Positions 7,467-17,017 of a stretch of DNA of 62,371 bases are shown piece after piece; position 1 is the first letter of the stretch; each line of letters opens with the position of its first letter. The notes beneath the pieces were generated by a model, which saw only the letters and a program-made list of their open reading frames with translations, did not search any database and had not been told where the DNA came from. The DNA is taken from positions 1 through 62,371 of the forward strand of contig JAAESG010000620.1 in the NCBI GenBank assembly GCA_024229615.1. Reading direction: 5' to 3'. The position numbers and the translations under genes are program-made. This DNA comes from Gammaproteobacteria bacterium. GTDB lineage: Bacteria; Pseudomonadota; Gammaproteobacteria; GCA-001735895.

Positions 7467-7741
7467 TGGACAAAGAAATGAACATAACAGCGATGATGAT
7501 TGGTGGTCCTTACGACCGGCGCCGGATCACTGTTCCAAAGGAAAAACCTTACATTGATATTCCAGAACAGCTAGATCGCTCCCTTGATTCCCCGGTTGCT
7601 CGTTTCCAAGTTCACCGCTACCAGAGGATGTCTTTCGTTGACAGCGACAGAGAATTGGTTTTCGTCTTCGTCCATTCCGACATGATGAAGGGTGGCATCT
7701 TGCGTCATCTTTTAGAAGCCTATAGGAGCCACAATGGATAA
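7466..7741 (+). CDS. Hypothetical protein (IGGPYD motif)
   Basis: AAGGAG SD; start overlaps upstream stop. Confidence 0.6.
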   Translation: MDKEMNITAMMIGGPYDRRRITVPKEKPYIDIPEQLDRSLDSPVARFQVHRYQRMSFVDSDRELVFVFVHSDMMKGGILRHLLEAYRSHNG

Positions 7742-8342
7742 GGGATTCACTGTAACAGAAGAGGGTAAGGCGCGAATCTATCTCTTCGAAAACCAACGCT
7801 ATCCCTCGGTAACGACCGTTATTCAATCGGTGCTACCGTTTTGGGAAGGCTCGAACCAGGAGGAAGCCTACGCGAAGGCGATGCTCGGGACCGAGGTTCA
7901 TTCGATGTGTGCCGAGCTTACTCTCAACCGGCGCTTTGCCGCGAAGCGTATCGCCGACTTCCATCCGAAGATTAGAGGGTACGGTTATTCCTGGCTCAAG
8001 TTCATGGAACAAACCGAGGCGGAAGTCATCTCGCAAGAACGCGCCATCTTCTCTCGCAAGCTCCGCGTGGCAGGTAGGCCGGACGCGATCATGATGATCA
8101 ACGGCAAGCGCACAGTTGCCGATTACACCATAGGAGCAACCCGCCTCGCGAAGAGATTGCAAACGTCTGCATACGCGATGATATGGAAAGAAGAGTTTAA
8201 GGATCGGCACAAGTATCATCGCATCGAGATCCCGCTCAAAGAGAATGGCAATCTCCCTACGCTTCGAGTTCATGATAACGACAACGACAAATCCGCTTTC
8301 ATCTCGGCGGTGAATTTCTACCGATGGAAGGAAGCGGCGTGA
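7734..8342 (+). CDS. PD-(D/E)XK exonuclease-like protein (Cas4/RecB-like phage family)
   Basis: YPSVTTVI, GTEVH, E...AGRPD...ADYT...LQTSAYA. Confidence 0.75.
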   Translation: MDKGFTVTEEGKARIYLFENQRYPSVTTVIQSVLPFWEGSNQEEAYAKAMLGTEVHSMCAELTLNRRFAAKRIADFHPKIRGYGYSWLKFMEQTEAEVISQERAIFSRKLRVAGRPDAIMMINGKRTVADYTIGATRLAKRLQTSAYAMIWKEEFKDRHKYHRIEIPLKENGNLPTLRVHDNDNDKSAFISAVNFYRWKEAA

Positions 8343-8866
8343 ACAGAAAAAAACGCTGCCCCGCACTTACTAGGTACAGCGTTCAATGCAAACATAGCGT
8401 CGAGTATGATCGAGACTATTGCCAGGTTCACGGCGAAGACAGCTTGACCGGAGGGCGGCGGATGGAAGTTATGGGCGGTTCTTTTTTGGCAAGACTGCCC
8501 TTGCCCATGGTTCCCGTTTGCGATTGGGAAACGCTTGGCGAAATCGCACAATGTATTTTGACAGCGAAGAGCGAGCAAAAAATGTTCGTGGTTGAAAAAG
8601 ATCCGGGTACGACAAAAGCGAGGAAAACTGTTGATCAATTAATGAGGGGCCAACGCGGTCAAACATTTTGCGATCAAAGAGGCGATCATCTTGGAATCAT
8701 CGAAAAGAGTTGGTGTGTTCGTTGCGACAAAAAAGACTTTTTGCTCGAAGGGCTTTGTCATCGATGCTGGCTTCGAAAAGCGGATAAAGAAAGGCGGCGA
8801 TCCATCAAGCAAGGGCTTGCTCCTAAAACACGCTTAGATTCTATCGATGGAAGCGAGGCGGCATGA
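8339..8866 (+). CDS. Multi-zinc-finger protein
   Basis: GTGA overlap; CPALT...C...CQVHG, CVRC...CHRC. Confidence 0.55.
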   Translation: MNRKKRCPALTRYSVQCKHSVEYDRDYCQVHGEDSLTGGRRMEVMGGSFLARLPLPMVPVCDWETLGEIAQCILTAKSEQKMFVVEKDPGTTKARKTVDQLMRGQRGQTFCDQRGDHLGIIEKSWCVRCDKKDFLLEGLCHRCWLRKADKERRRSIKQGLAPKTRLDSIDGSEAA

Positions 8867-9060
8867 AATATCTACAGCACGTTTACCAGTGCCCGCACAG
8901 TACCGTTACCGTGCGAACGCATATCGTAAAAGGGATCGCCGACAAACCGCGCGAGCAAGTTTGTGCTTGGTGCGATAGCGCCTCGGTTATGTTTTTGATC
9001 GGTTGGGATGTTGTTGAAAGCGTAGCACCCTTATCGACGCAAGAGATCGAGGCAAGATGA
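8863..9060 (+). CDS. Small Cys-rich protein
   Basis: ATGA overlap; CPH...CAWC. Confidence 0.5.
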   Translation: MKYLQHVYQCPHSTVTVRTHIVKGIADKPREQVCAWCDSASVMFLIGWDVVESVAPLSTQEIEAR

Positions 9061-9302
9061 AAAAACGGTTTTGGTGCAAGGCGCATAACGCATTCCACGA
9101 GGGACAGCCGTGGTTTCACAAAAAAACTTGCATTGCGGAGTTCGTTGTCGGCGATCCGATACCAGACTTCAGCCTTTCGCCGACAACCAAAGCGAGAGCG
9201 GCGCGTCAATTAGATGTGGTTGAGTTTACCGCGCTCAAGGTGGGCTATCGGTTAATTCATGGATTCTCGATTATGAGGATGTGCGAAGATGACGACAGTT
9301 AA
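9057..9302 (+). CDS. Hypothetical protein
   Basis: ATGA overlap. Confidence 0.5.
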   Translation: MKKRFWCKAHNAFHEGQPWFHKKTCIAEFVVGDPIPDFSLSPTTKARAARQLDVVEFTALKVGYRLIHGFSIMRMCEDDDS

Positions 9303-9537
9303 ATTCAGCCACAAGAACGAAACTATCAACGGCACGGTGTTTCAGTGGACAGAGCTTCTTACCCGTTGTCTATTCTTAACTTGCTACGCGGTACGAGTTC
9401 ACCGCCATTCAATTTGCCCCGAGTGCAAAGCGGTTCGATGGGGAAACCCTTCTTGCCAAACGTGCAAGCTCGCCAACAAAACAAAAGTACACGACACTAA
9501 ATTTATGGATTCTTCAACAGCGAGATCAAGACCATGA
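9289..9537 (+). CDS. Small Cys-rich protein
   Basis: GAGGA SD; CPEC...CQTC. Confidence 0.5.
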   Translation: MTTVKFSHKNETINGTVFQWTELLTRCLFLTCYAVRVHRHSICPECKAVRWGNPSCQTCKLANKTKVHDTKFMDSSTARSRP

Positions 9538-9821
9538 AAAAAACAAAGCGCAGGGAAATTGCAGCGAAGCTCCGGAAAGAAGGGCGGCGATGTTCTGTCC
9601 CTACAGCAGTCGCTTTTTATACTCCATCTCCAAATCTTTCAAGCCTTACTGTTGGATGCGACAAACAAGCAACGCGCATCGATGCACTAGGCCGAACACT
9701 TTGCGAAGAAAAACATCGGCGTCGATCTATGGCTTGCGATGGGCCGTATCATCCCCTCCGAGCGCGTGAAGTTCGAGAAGTTCGTTCCTGTCCTCAATGC
9801 GAGTGGGATAAGTGGCGATGA
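9534..9821 (+). CDS. Small Cys-rich protein
   Basis: ATGA overlaps at both ends; CPQC. Confidence 0.5.
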   Translation: MKKTKRREIAAKLRKEGRRCSVPTAVAFYTPSPNLSSLTVGCDKQATRIDALGRTLCEEKHRRRSMACDGPYHPLRAREVREVRSCPQCEWDKWR

Positions 9822-11302
9822 TAGAGCAACCCGTTCTCCGCATCGGCGACTCCTGGGATCATCAAGTCGAGGGATACCATCTCGCGCGCAGCATCTTCAA
9901 CCGCGCTCGTCATAACTGGAACGGAGGCGGCGCTGGCTCTGGAATCTTTTTCGACATGGGAACCGGCAAGACCAGAACCGCGATTCACCTTCTCGACAAT
10001 TCCAATACCATCGATAAGGTTCTCATCGTTACACCGAAGAGAGTTCGCTCCGTTTGGCCTGGGCAGTTCGAGAAACATTCCGCACGTCACGAGGATCGAG
10101 TCTTGCTCGTGCCCGAAGGCTCGGTACGCGACAAGGCAATGCAGATCGCCGATGTGGTTGAAGACTGGATCGTTACCCCGAAGACTCGTCAACTCTGCGT
10201 GGTCATCAACTACGATGCAGCCTGGCGCGAGCCTCTCAAAACCACGCTCAAGCATTGTGGGTTTCAGTTGGCGATACTCGATGAGGCGCATCGGTTAAAA
10301 GGCGTCGGCTCGCAAACCTCCAAGTATTTCGGCAGGCTCGGAAAGGTGATACCATACCGGCTCGCGCTTACCGGTACACCGTTGCCGCATTCGCCTCTCG
10401 ATGCCTGGGCGCTGTATCGCTTTCTTGACCGATCAATTTTCGGAAAATATCTTTGCTGGAGCTTCAAGGAAAAGAAGGTCGTTTGTAATCCTGTCGATGA
10501 TCGATGTTGCTTCAAGAATCGTTACGCCGTCAAAGGCGGATTCGAGGGTCGGCAAATCGTCGGGTACAAAAACGTTGAAGAGCTTCACAATCTAATGTTC
10601 TCGATTGCAATGCGCGTCAAAAAAGATGACGTTCTCGATCTGCCGCCAGCAGTTCACATGGATCGCCGCTTTACCTTACCGGCCAAAGCTCGGAAAACTT
10701 ATGACAAGCTCGAAGCGGATCTCTATGTCGAGATCGAGCAAGGCGAAGTTACGGCCGCAAATGCTTTGGTGAAGCTGTTACGCTTGCACCAACTAACCTC
10801 GGGACACCTTGCACTTGATGACGGGCGAGTCGAAACGGTTCACTCCGAGAAGGAGGATCTTCTCGCGGATATGTTCGAGGATCTTCCAAGAGAGCCGATT
10901 GTCGTTTTCTATAAATACAAGCCCGATGCAAAAGCAATCCGGCGCGCCGCTGAAAAAGCAAAGCGAACCTGCGGCGAAGTAAGCGGCGACCGTGATGATG
11001 TTGCTGCATGGCAAAACGGCGATCTCGATGTCCTTGCCGCGCAAACCCGAAGCGGAAGCGAGGGCCTCGACTTCACCCGCTCCGCTTATGCGATTTTCTT
11101 TTCGGTCGGATTCTCGCTCACTGAATACGATCAATGTCTTGCGCGTTTGCATCGCTCCGGTCAAACGCGCTCGGTGACTTACTATCATCTCATCGCAAAG
11201 GATTCGATAGACGGTCGAATCTATTACGCCTTGCAAAAACGTCGAGAGGTAGTTGAGTCAGTCTTAACACAGATGCGCGAGCCAAGGCGCATCGCTTCAT
11301 GA
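9818..11302 (+). CDS. SNF2-family (SF2) helicase/ATPase
   Basis: DMGTGKT, LDEAH, LTGTP, GSEGLDF, QCLARLHRSGQ. Confidence 0.92.
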   Translation: MIEQPVLRIGDSWDHQVEGYHLARSIFNRARHNWNGGGAGSGIFFDMGTGKTRTAIHLLDNSNTIDKVLIVTPKRVRSVWPGQFEKHSARHEDRVLLVPEGSVRDKAMQIADVVEDWIVTPKTRQLCVVINYDAAWREPLKTTLKHCGFQLAILDEAHRLKGVGSQTSKYFGRLGKVIPYRLALTGTPLPHSPLDAWALYRFLDRSIFGKYLCWSFKEKKVVCNPVDDRCCFKNRYAVKGGFEGRQIVGYKNVEELHNLMFSIAMRVKKDDVLDLPPAVHMDRRFTLPAKARKTYDKLEADLYVEIEQGEVTAANALVKLLRLHQLTSGHLALDDGRVETVHSEKEDLLADMFEDLPREPIVVFYKYKPDAKAIRRAAEKAKRTCGEVSGDRDDVAAWQNGDLDVLAAQTRSGSEGLDFTRSAYAIFFSVGFSLTEYDQCLARLHRSGQTRSVTYYHLIAKDSIDGRIYYALQKRREVVESVLTQMREPRRIAS

Positions 11303-11315
11303 AGGAGATAGCACA

Positions 11316-12140
11316 ATGGCATTTGGAAAGAAGGATGAAAAGAAACAAGCCGCCGAGGTAGAAGAAAAGGCGGTGGTGCCGGTTGACGAGAAAGGTTTGT
11401 CAACGGTCGCTCTCAAGGAAAGCGAGTTCGGTGCGCTCACCCGCTCCCCTGCAGAGATCCATGCGATCATTCAAGCGAACATCGGTGCTTCGGGGATCAC
11501 CATGGGGAACTTGACTCGGGTGAAGATCCCGACGAGCGGCGGAACGAAGTGGAATGTGCCGAGCATCCGAGGCGAGCAATTGATGGATGAGATCGAGGGT
11601 ATCGTCATTCATCACAAAGAGGCGCGCGCCTACTGGAAAAAGAGCATCGATGAAGGTGGCGGCGGGCAACCTCCCGATTGCTCATCCGAAGACGGTTACA
11701 ACGGTAAGGGCGATCCTGGCGGAGCTTGCGCCGAGTGCCCGTTCAACAAGTGGGGAAGCGAGCCGAAGGCCGGAAGGGGAAAGGCTTGCAAACAGCTTCG
11801 CATCGTTTACCTTTTACCCAAAGGTCGATCCTTCTTGCCGTACCTTTTCATCCTTCCGCCGACTTCGTTGAAGCCGATGGGCAATTACCTCGTGGGGCTC
11901 GCGGCGGAAGCGTTGAGAGTCAATGCGGTTCGAACGATCTTTCGTCTTGAGAAAACAAAGAACCAAGGCGGAACGGAGTACGCTCAACTTCTGCCGGTTC
12001 TGTCGAAAGAAAATCCAGAGCTATCGAAAGAAGAGCAACAAGTCACCAACGCTTACATCGCCGCGATCAAGCCCGCGCTCGAAAGGCGCGTCGATCTCAG
12101 TCGTGATGATGTCGGGGAGGAAGAAAACTCCAACGGTTAG
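11316..12140 (+). CDS. Putative ssDNA-binding/annealing protein
   Basis: PPDCSSEDG...CAECPFNKWGS...GKACK...LPPTSLK, acidic C-tail; lies between helicase and primase. Confidence 0.6.
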   Translation: MAFGKKDEKKQAAEVEEKAVVPVDEKGLSTVALKESEFGALTRSPAEIHAIIQANIGASGITMGNLTRVKIPTSGGTKWNVPSIRGEQLMDEIEGIVIHHKEARAYWKKSIDEGGGGQPPDCSSEDGYNGKGDPGGACAECPFNKWGSEPKAGRGKACKQLRIVYLLPKGRSFLPYLFILPPTSLKPMGNYLVGLAAEALRVNAVRTIFRLEKTKNQGGTEYAQLLPVLSKENPELSKEEQQVTNAYIAAIKPALERRVDLSRDDVGEEENSNG

Positions 12141-12172
12141 CGGGGGAGTCTCTGTTTAGAGGCTCACGGTCG

Positions 12173-12214
12173 GGCTCGCCTCGCCAATGCGCAGGCGGGG
12201 CGAGCCTCAATTTT
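12173..12214 (+). terminator. GC-rich stem-loop, probable terminator
   Basis: GGCTCGCCTCGCC...GGCGGGGCGAGCC followed by TCAATTTT. Confidence 0.5.
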
Positions 12215-12240
12215 CGAACCTGTTGACATAGGAGTTTGAT

Positions 12241-13974
12241 GTGGACCACCCCGCGACTGGAGATGCGAAACGATTTCTCGATCTATGGTTCGGCGAAGGT
12301 GCCGATCAACCACCAAAGGGATACATTTTAATTTGGGTCAATCCGGGTAAGCGCTCGGAGTGGTTCAACGATATCGAGAAGGCGGCAAACTACGCAATCG
12401 GAGAGACAACGAGAAATGTCTACTTCGGAACCTCCCTTTCTGAAAGAGATCATGGAGCTAACCGGCGACTCGATTCAAAGAAGCGACCGGCGAAAGGGAT
12501 TCTTGGGTTTCACAACGATTTCGATATTCTAGGTGAGGGCCACAAGAAAAAAAGCTATCCCCCCGATCTCGATTCCGTTAACGCTCTCGTCAAAGACATT
12601 CCCATCTCGCCGACCATCATGGTCGCGACGGGCGGAGGCGTTCATTGCTATTGGGCTTTTCATGAGGCTTGGATTTTCAAGGACGATAAAGATCGCGAGG
12701 CTGCGCAAGCGTTAGCTCGCAAATGGCACAAGCTCGTTCTCACCGCTGCAGAGGCGCGCGGTTGGACCATGGACAACGTGTCCGATCTTGAGCGCGTGAT
12801 GAGAGTTCCGGGCACTTGGAATAACAAAGATCCTCGGAACCCCGCTCCCGTAGAAATTTCGTTCGAGGGCACCTGGCGCTACTCCCCCGATGACTTCAAC
12901 ATGTTCTTGAAGGAAGTCGATACGCCATCCGTCCAAGTTCCGGAAGTGCCGAAGGAGCAACAAGATAAACAGCTTTCGATGTCAATCGACGCCGACCCTC
13001 CGATCCTAAAATTCGAGGCGCTCATCGGGAACCTGCGCGCGGCTAAAGATACCTGGGAACACAAGAGAAAGGATCTGCAGGATCAAAGCGGAAGCTCCTA
13101 TGACATGGCAATGGCGAACTACTGTGTAGCGGCAGGATTCACCATTCAAGAAACGGTCAACACGTTGATCGCCATGCGAAGAAAGCACAACGATCCGAAC
13201 CTACAGAGAAAACTTCGCGAGGGATATTTCAAGGGAACGTTCGACAAAGCGTGGCAAACGTTCTCGACCGACGCCACGCTAAGTCGGCAAAGAAGCGAAG
13301 CGCATCAACGCTTCTCGGGTTCCGATGACGATGAGCGAAGAAAAACCGCCATCGAAGATTTTAACAAGATGGTCGGTTTCGAAAAGGTTCCGATAACGGA
13401 AGTCGTTTGCTTCATTGCTGGAGAGGAAGCCGAGTACCACATCAAAACAAAAAAAGGAACGGTCGTGATGAGTTCGAAGGAGGTTTATTCCTTCTCGAAG
13501 TTTAGCGAAAAATATTTCGGCGCGTTCCAAGATATTCTCCCGCACATGACTTTGAAGCAATGGAAGTATCAAGCTCTCAAGATTCTCATCAACCAAGCAA
13601 CGAGAGAAGAGATCATCGAGGAAGTTCGCGACGAAGGATCGAATCGATCCTCGATGCTCGGATGGGTTGAAGCGTACCTCGCAAAGAAAAGAATTCATCC
13701 CGAGCTAACGATAGAAACGTACAAAGGAAATCATCCGTTCAAGGATAGCAAGGGAAACTTTTACGTTCACAACGATGCGGTTCGAAAATGGATCGGGCGA
13801 CATCGAGACAACAAGATCCCCGTGGGCAAAATGCCGTCTTTGCTCCGGAGTGCTGGCCTCGAACCCGACAAGAAAAAAATCGCCGGGTTCAGCAAGCAAG
13901 CTCGATATTGGAAGTACACACCTAGCAACGTGATCGAGTTCCCGCTTGAAAAAACAGAGGAGGAAAGCTCATGA
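12241..13974 (+). CDS. RepB-type (AEP superfamily) DNA primase with C-terminal helical domain
   Basis: HNDFD, VATGGGVHCYW, RVMRVPGTWNNK, DQSGSSYDMAMA. Confidence 0.8.
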   Translation: MDHPATGDAKRFLDLWFGEGADQPPKGYILIWVNPGKRSEWFNDIEKAANYAIGETTRNVYFGTSLSERDHGANRRLDSKKRPAKGILGFHNDFDILGEGHKKKSYPPDLDSVNALVKDIPISPTIMVATGGGVHCYWAFHEAWIFKDDKDREAAQALARKWHKLVLTAAEARGWTMDNVSDLERVMRVPGTWNNKDPRNPAPVEISFEGTWRYSPDDFNMFLKEVDTPSVQVPEVPKEQQDKQLSMSIDADPPILKFEALIGNLRAAKDTWEHKRKDLQDQSGSSYDMAMANYCVAAGFTIQETVNTLIAMRRKHNDPNLQRKLREGYFKGTFDKAWQTFSTDATLSRQRSEAHQRFSGSDDDERRKTAIEDFNKMVGFEKVPITEVVCFIAGEEAEYHIKTKKGTVVMSSKEVYSFSKFSEKYFGAFQDILPHMTLKQWKYQALKILINQATREEIIEEVRDEGSNRSSMLGWVEAYLAKKRIHPELTIETYKGNHPFKDSKGNFYVHNDAVRKWIGRHRDNKIPVGKMPSLLRSAGLEPDKKKIAGFSKQARYWKYTPSNVIEFPLEKTEEESS

Positions 13975-14213
13975 AAAAAAGAAAACGTCGAGAGGTTCAA
14001 AGAAAGCGCCGACATCAAGTAGAGTTCGCGCGCTCGCATCAACCCGCCAAGCGGGTTAGGTCGCCGTTTCCCGTTACCATCATCGCCGGGTTGTGCTTCT
14101 CGATGCTCGGGCTCGTCGTCGGCCTCTTCGCTCTCAATTGGTGGATTCTCGCGCTCGCCGCTGCAGGGATCATCGTTACCGGAAAGGCCGTGTTTCGGTG
14201 GGTCGTCTCCTGA
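13971..14213 (+). CDS. Small two-TM membrane protein
   Basis: Basic N-terminus and two hydrophobic stretches; GAGGAGG SD. Confidence 0.6.
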   Translation: MKKRKRREVQRKRRHQVEFARSHQPAKRVRSPFPVTIIAGLCFSMLGLVVGLFALNWWILALAAAGIIVTGKAVFRWVVS

Positions 14214-14214
14214 T

Positions 14215-14640
14215 GAAACCGGGCAGGATTCTAGCCACGCGGGGGCTCCTGGGGGCTCCGGAGGGCTCCGGGGGCTCGGGCAAGGGATGCCCGCTGAAAG
14301 TCGCTTACAAGCGAAATATGGAGGCCGTGTCTCCTGCAGGGGACACCGGGTATCCGGAGGTACAGTGTATAGAAAAAAAAGTACTCGCAAATTTGCGGGC
14401 ACTTTTATTTCGGGGGAGTGTACCTTTTCGACCTTTAATCTTTTGGTGTCAACGATTAGCGGTGTCTCAGATCGGTGTGCATTGTACCTTCAGCACTGTG
14501 CCTGTGTACCCTCAGACGTTACGAATCGTAACAAGGGCTACTTTGGACGCGCGAGATGGCACACTGCCTCCGTACTGGAGAGAGTTTTTTTTCGGTACCT
14601 CTGTCCCCTGTACCGTTCTCACCGTGGAAGGAGGGGTAAA
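14215..14640. other. Putative replication origin
   Basis: Largest non-coding gap in the replication module; tandem GGGGGCTCC repeats, recurrent GTAC-core motifs, inverted CAGGGGACA/TGTCCCCTG, A and T tracts. Confidence 0.5.
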
Positions 14641-14645
14641 CCAAG

Positions 14646-14840
14646 ATGAAAAAAGAGCATAGCTTTGAGACGTTTCTCAAACAGCAAGAGCCTGGGGCGA
14701 TTCCTGTTGTTGCCTGGGGAGATACGCACACGATGATCGCCGAAGCCTATGGAGCGTGGCTTGCGCTGAGAACGGCAAAAGATATCGGCGAAGATTTCGA
14801 GCGAGTCATGGATGAATTCGTCGAGGGGAAAAGCTCATGA
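14646..14840 (+). CDS. Hypothetical protein
   Basis: AAGGAGG SD. Confidence 0.6.
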   Translation: MKKEHSFETFLKQQEPGAIPVVAWGDTHTMIAEAYGAWLALRTAKDIGEDFERVMDEFVEGKSS

Positions 14841-16504
14841 TCGAGTATCGAGCCATCGGGCCTCCCGGTTGTGGAAAAACCACCTGGCTACAGAAGCAAG
14901 TCAAGCTCGCTGTTCAAAAGCATGGGTCGGGCTCCGTTCTCCTGGCCTCTCTCACCCGTGCCGCCGCCGCCGAGCTTGCCGGAAGGGATATGCCGGTTGA
15001 TGAGCAATCTATCGGAACGCTTCACGCTCATGCATACCGGTCGCTCGACCGTCCCGAGCTTGCGCAAGACAAAAAGCACATCGATGCGTGGAATGAATAC
15101 GTTTGCAAAAAAGGGTACGAGCATTGGAGGCTTACAAAATCTCTCAAGCAAGATGATATGGGAAAGGCGTCGCACGAAGAGCAAACCGAAGGCGATGAGC
15201 TTTACGAGATGGCGGAAACGTTTCGGCATCGATGCATACCGTTCGATGATTGGATGGTCGATAGAGTTCAATCATGGTTCGAAGCCTGGCAAGACTTTAA
15301 GGAGATGAGCTTCGCGATGGATTTCACCGACATGATCGTCAAGGCAAGCGAAGTCGTCGAGAGAGCGCCAGGCAACCCGCGATTTGTTTTCCTCGATGAG
15401 GCGCAAGATTTGAGCTTGCTCGAATTGAAGCTCGCGCGAAAGTGGGCCGAGCATTGTGAAGTCTTCATCATGGTCGGCGATCCCGATCAATGTCTTTACG
15501 AGTGGCGAGGCTCGAGCCCGTTGAACTTTGAGAACCCGAAGCTCGACGAAGCGAATTATAAATACCTCTCGCAAAGCTGGAGAGTTCCAGCGGCGGTTCA
15601 CAGAGTCGCGGTCAATTGGATCGAGCAAGTGCCTGGGCGTAGAAAAGTTGAATACTTACCGCGCAAGAAAAACGGAGACGGGCCAACCGTTCAAGGCGTT
15701 TGTAGAAACGAAGATGATCTCTCGTTCCAAACTCCCGAAGAGCTTTTCGAGGATGCCGAAAAATATCTTTCTCAAACCGTCGAGCTTGACGATGGAACGA
15801 TCCGACCGAAGACGGTTATGTTTCTCGGGAGTGCCGGATACATGCTTCACCCTATCATCCGCTTTTTGAGAGAAGAGGGGATACCGTTTCACAATCCATA
15901 CAACACGAAACGCGGCGACTGGAATCCGCTTGGCGCTGTAGGGAGGAAGGGATCAACCTCCATGGCAGAGCGAATAAGAGCTTTTGCATATTGTGAATGG
16001 TTGAACAATTGGGACGAGCTTGTTAAATGGTTGCCGCTATTGAAGTTAGAGCACTTCCGCGAAAGTCGTTTCGTTACGAGTAAGCACATCGAGAGCTTAC
16101 ATGGTCGCCATGATGCGGATGAATTGAAAACGGTTCTTTCCGAAGAGGCGATCAAGCGCGCAATCGCGACCGACTTCGCGTGGCTAGTCGATGGGATGAA
16201 GGCTCAATATAAAAATCTTCGCTCAACTCATTACGCTATTCGGCTCGTCGAGAAAAACGGCGAAGCGATCCTAAACAAGAAACCTCAAATCATGTTGGGG
16301 ACCATTCATTCGGTGAAAGGTGGACAGGCAGATGTTGTTTACGTCTTCCCCGATCTATCGCCAGCCGCTGATGATGAATGGCAAGACGATAGATCCAAGC
16401 CTGGGATCTGCCGCGTCTTTTATGTTGCGATGACTCGTGCGAGAGAGGAGCTTGTACTTTGTGATCCGTCATCGGATCGCGCTGTTGAATTTCCGGAGGT
16501 ATGA
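14837..16504 (+). CDS. UvrD/Rep-family (SF1) helicase
   Basis: GPPGCGKTT, LDEAQD, VGDPDQ, QSWR, TIHSVKG, YVAMTRA. Confidence 0.92.
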   Translation: MIEYRAIGPPGCGKTTWLQKQVKLAVQKHGSGSVLLASLTRAAAAELAGRDMPVDEQSIGTLHAHAYRSLDRPELAQDKKHIDAWNEYVCKKGYEHWRLTKSLKQDDMGKASHEEQTEGDELYEMAETFRHRCIPFDDWMVDRVQSWFEAWQDFKEMSFAMDFTDMIVKASEVVERAPGNPRFVFLDEAQDLSLLELKLARKWAEHCEVFIMVGDPDQCLYEWRGSSPLNFENPKLDEANYKYLSQSWRVPAAVHRVAVNWIEQVPGRRKVEYLPRKKNGDGPTVQGVCRNEDDLSFQTPEELFEDAEKYLSQTVELDDGTIRPKTVMFLGSAGYMLHPIIRFLREEGIPFHNPYNTKRGDWNPLGAVGRKGSTSMAERIRAFAYCEWLNNWDELVKWLPLLKLEHFRESRFVTSKHIESLHGRHDADELKTVLSEEAIKRAIATDFAWLVDGMKAQYKNLRSTHYAIRLVEKNGEAILNKKPQIMLGTIHSVKGGQADVVYVFPDLSPAADDEWQDDRSKPGICRVFYVAMTRAREELVLCDPSSDRAVEFPEV

Positions 16505-16508
16505 ACAA

Positions 16509-16817
16509 ATGCCTACCGGCCAATACAAAGGAAAGATGGAGGAGCTTCGCCAGGCGTGGGGAGGAAAGTGCTTGATCGGTTTTTCCGGATGTTGGAAAGA
16601 TCACGGGTTAGAGTTCGCGCACGTCAAGCCAACGAAGATCAAGCGCGAATCGCAAAATGGTGGGAAGCGTAGCGGAAGGGGATTGCCGCAACGTTACCAC
16701 GACATCAAGAACAATCCGGGCTGTTATCTTCTCGTTTGTCGAGCTTGCCACGCTAGGGCAGACGGGCTCGCCGACGAGTTTCATAATTACGACTTGAGAG
16801 AGGAGGCTCCGTTTTGA
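16509..16817 (+). CDS. HNH-like endonuclease
   Basis: GGAGG SD; C...C...LEFAHVKP...LLVCRACH. Confidence 0.65.
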   Translation: MPTGQYKGKMEELRQAWGGKCLIGFSGCWKDHGLEFAHVKPTKIKRESQNGGKRSGRGLPQRYHDIKNNPGCYLLVCRACHARADGLADEFHNYDLREEAPF

Positions 16818-17017
16818 CTTACAGGCCGATAGTAACCGGATTACCATGCGCGGATATCTCGTGCGGTGCTCTCGAAAAACTCAAGGAATGTCCAACGTGT
16901 AAATTTCTCTACTGCGAAAAGCATTTGAGAGAGGGGCATTTTTATACGCACACCGAAGAGATCAACCAGTCGGCAACCGTAGGGATTAAAGCCTGCGGAT
17001 TCGGGAAGGAGGGATGA
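16814..17017 (+). CDS. AN1-like zinc-finger protein
   Basis: C-x4-C...CPTC...YCEKH...H; AGGAGG SD, TTG start. Confidence 0.55.
   Translation: MTYRPIVTGLPCADISCGALEKLKECPTCKFLYCEKHLREGHFYTHTEEINQSATVGIKACGFGKEG

Noticed and set aside
7950-7975. Self-target of array tract 1 in the exonuclease gene (ADFHPKI)
   Set aside because: Only 4 of 7 dinucleotides match, consistent with chance
14093-14662. ORFs 14093-14662, 14287-14649 and 13767-14402
   Set aside because: No SD or recognisable motifs; they overlap a repeat-rich, origin-like region
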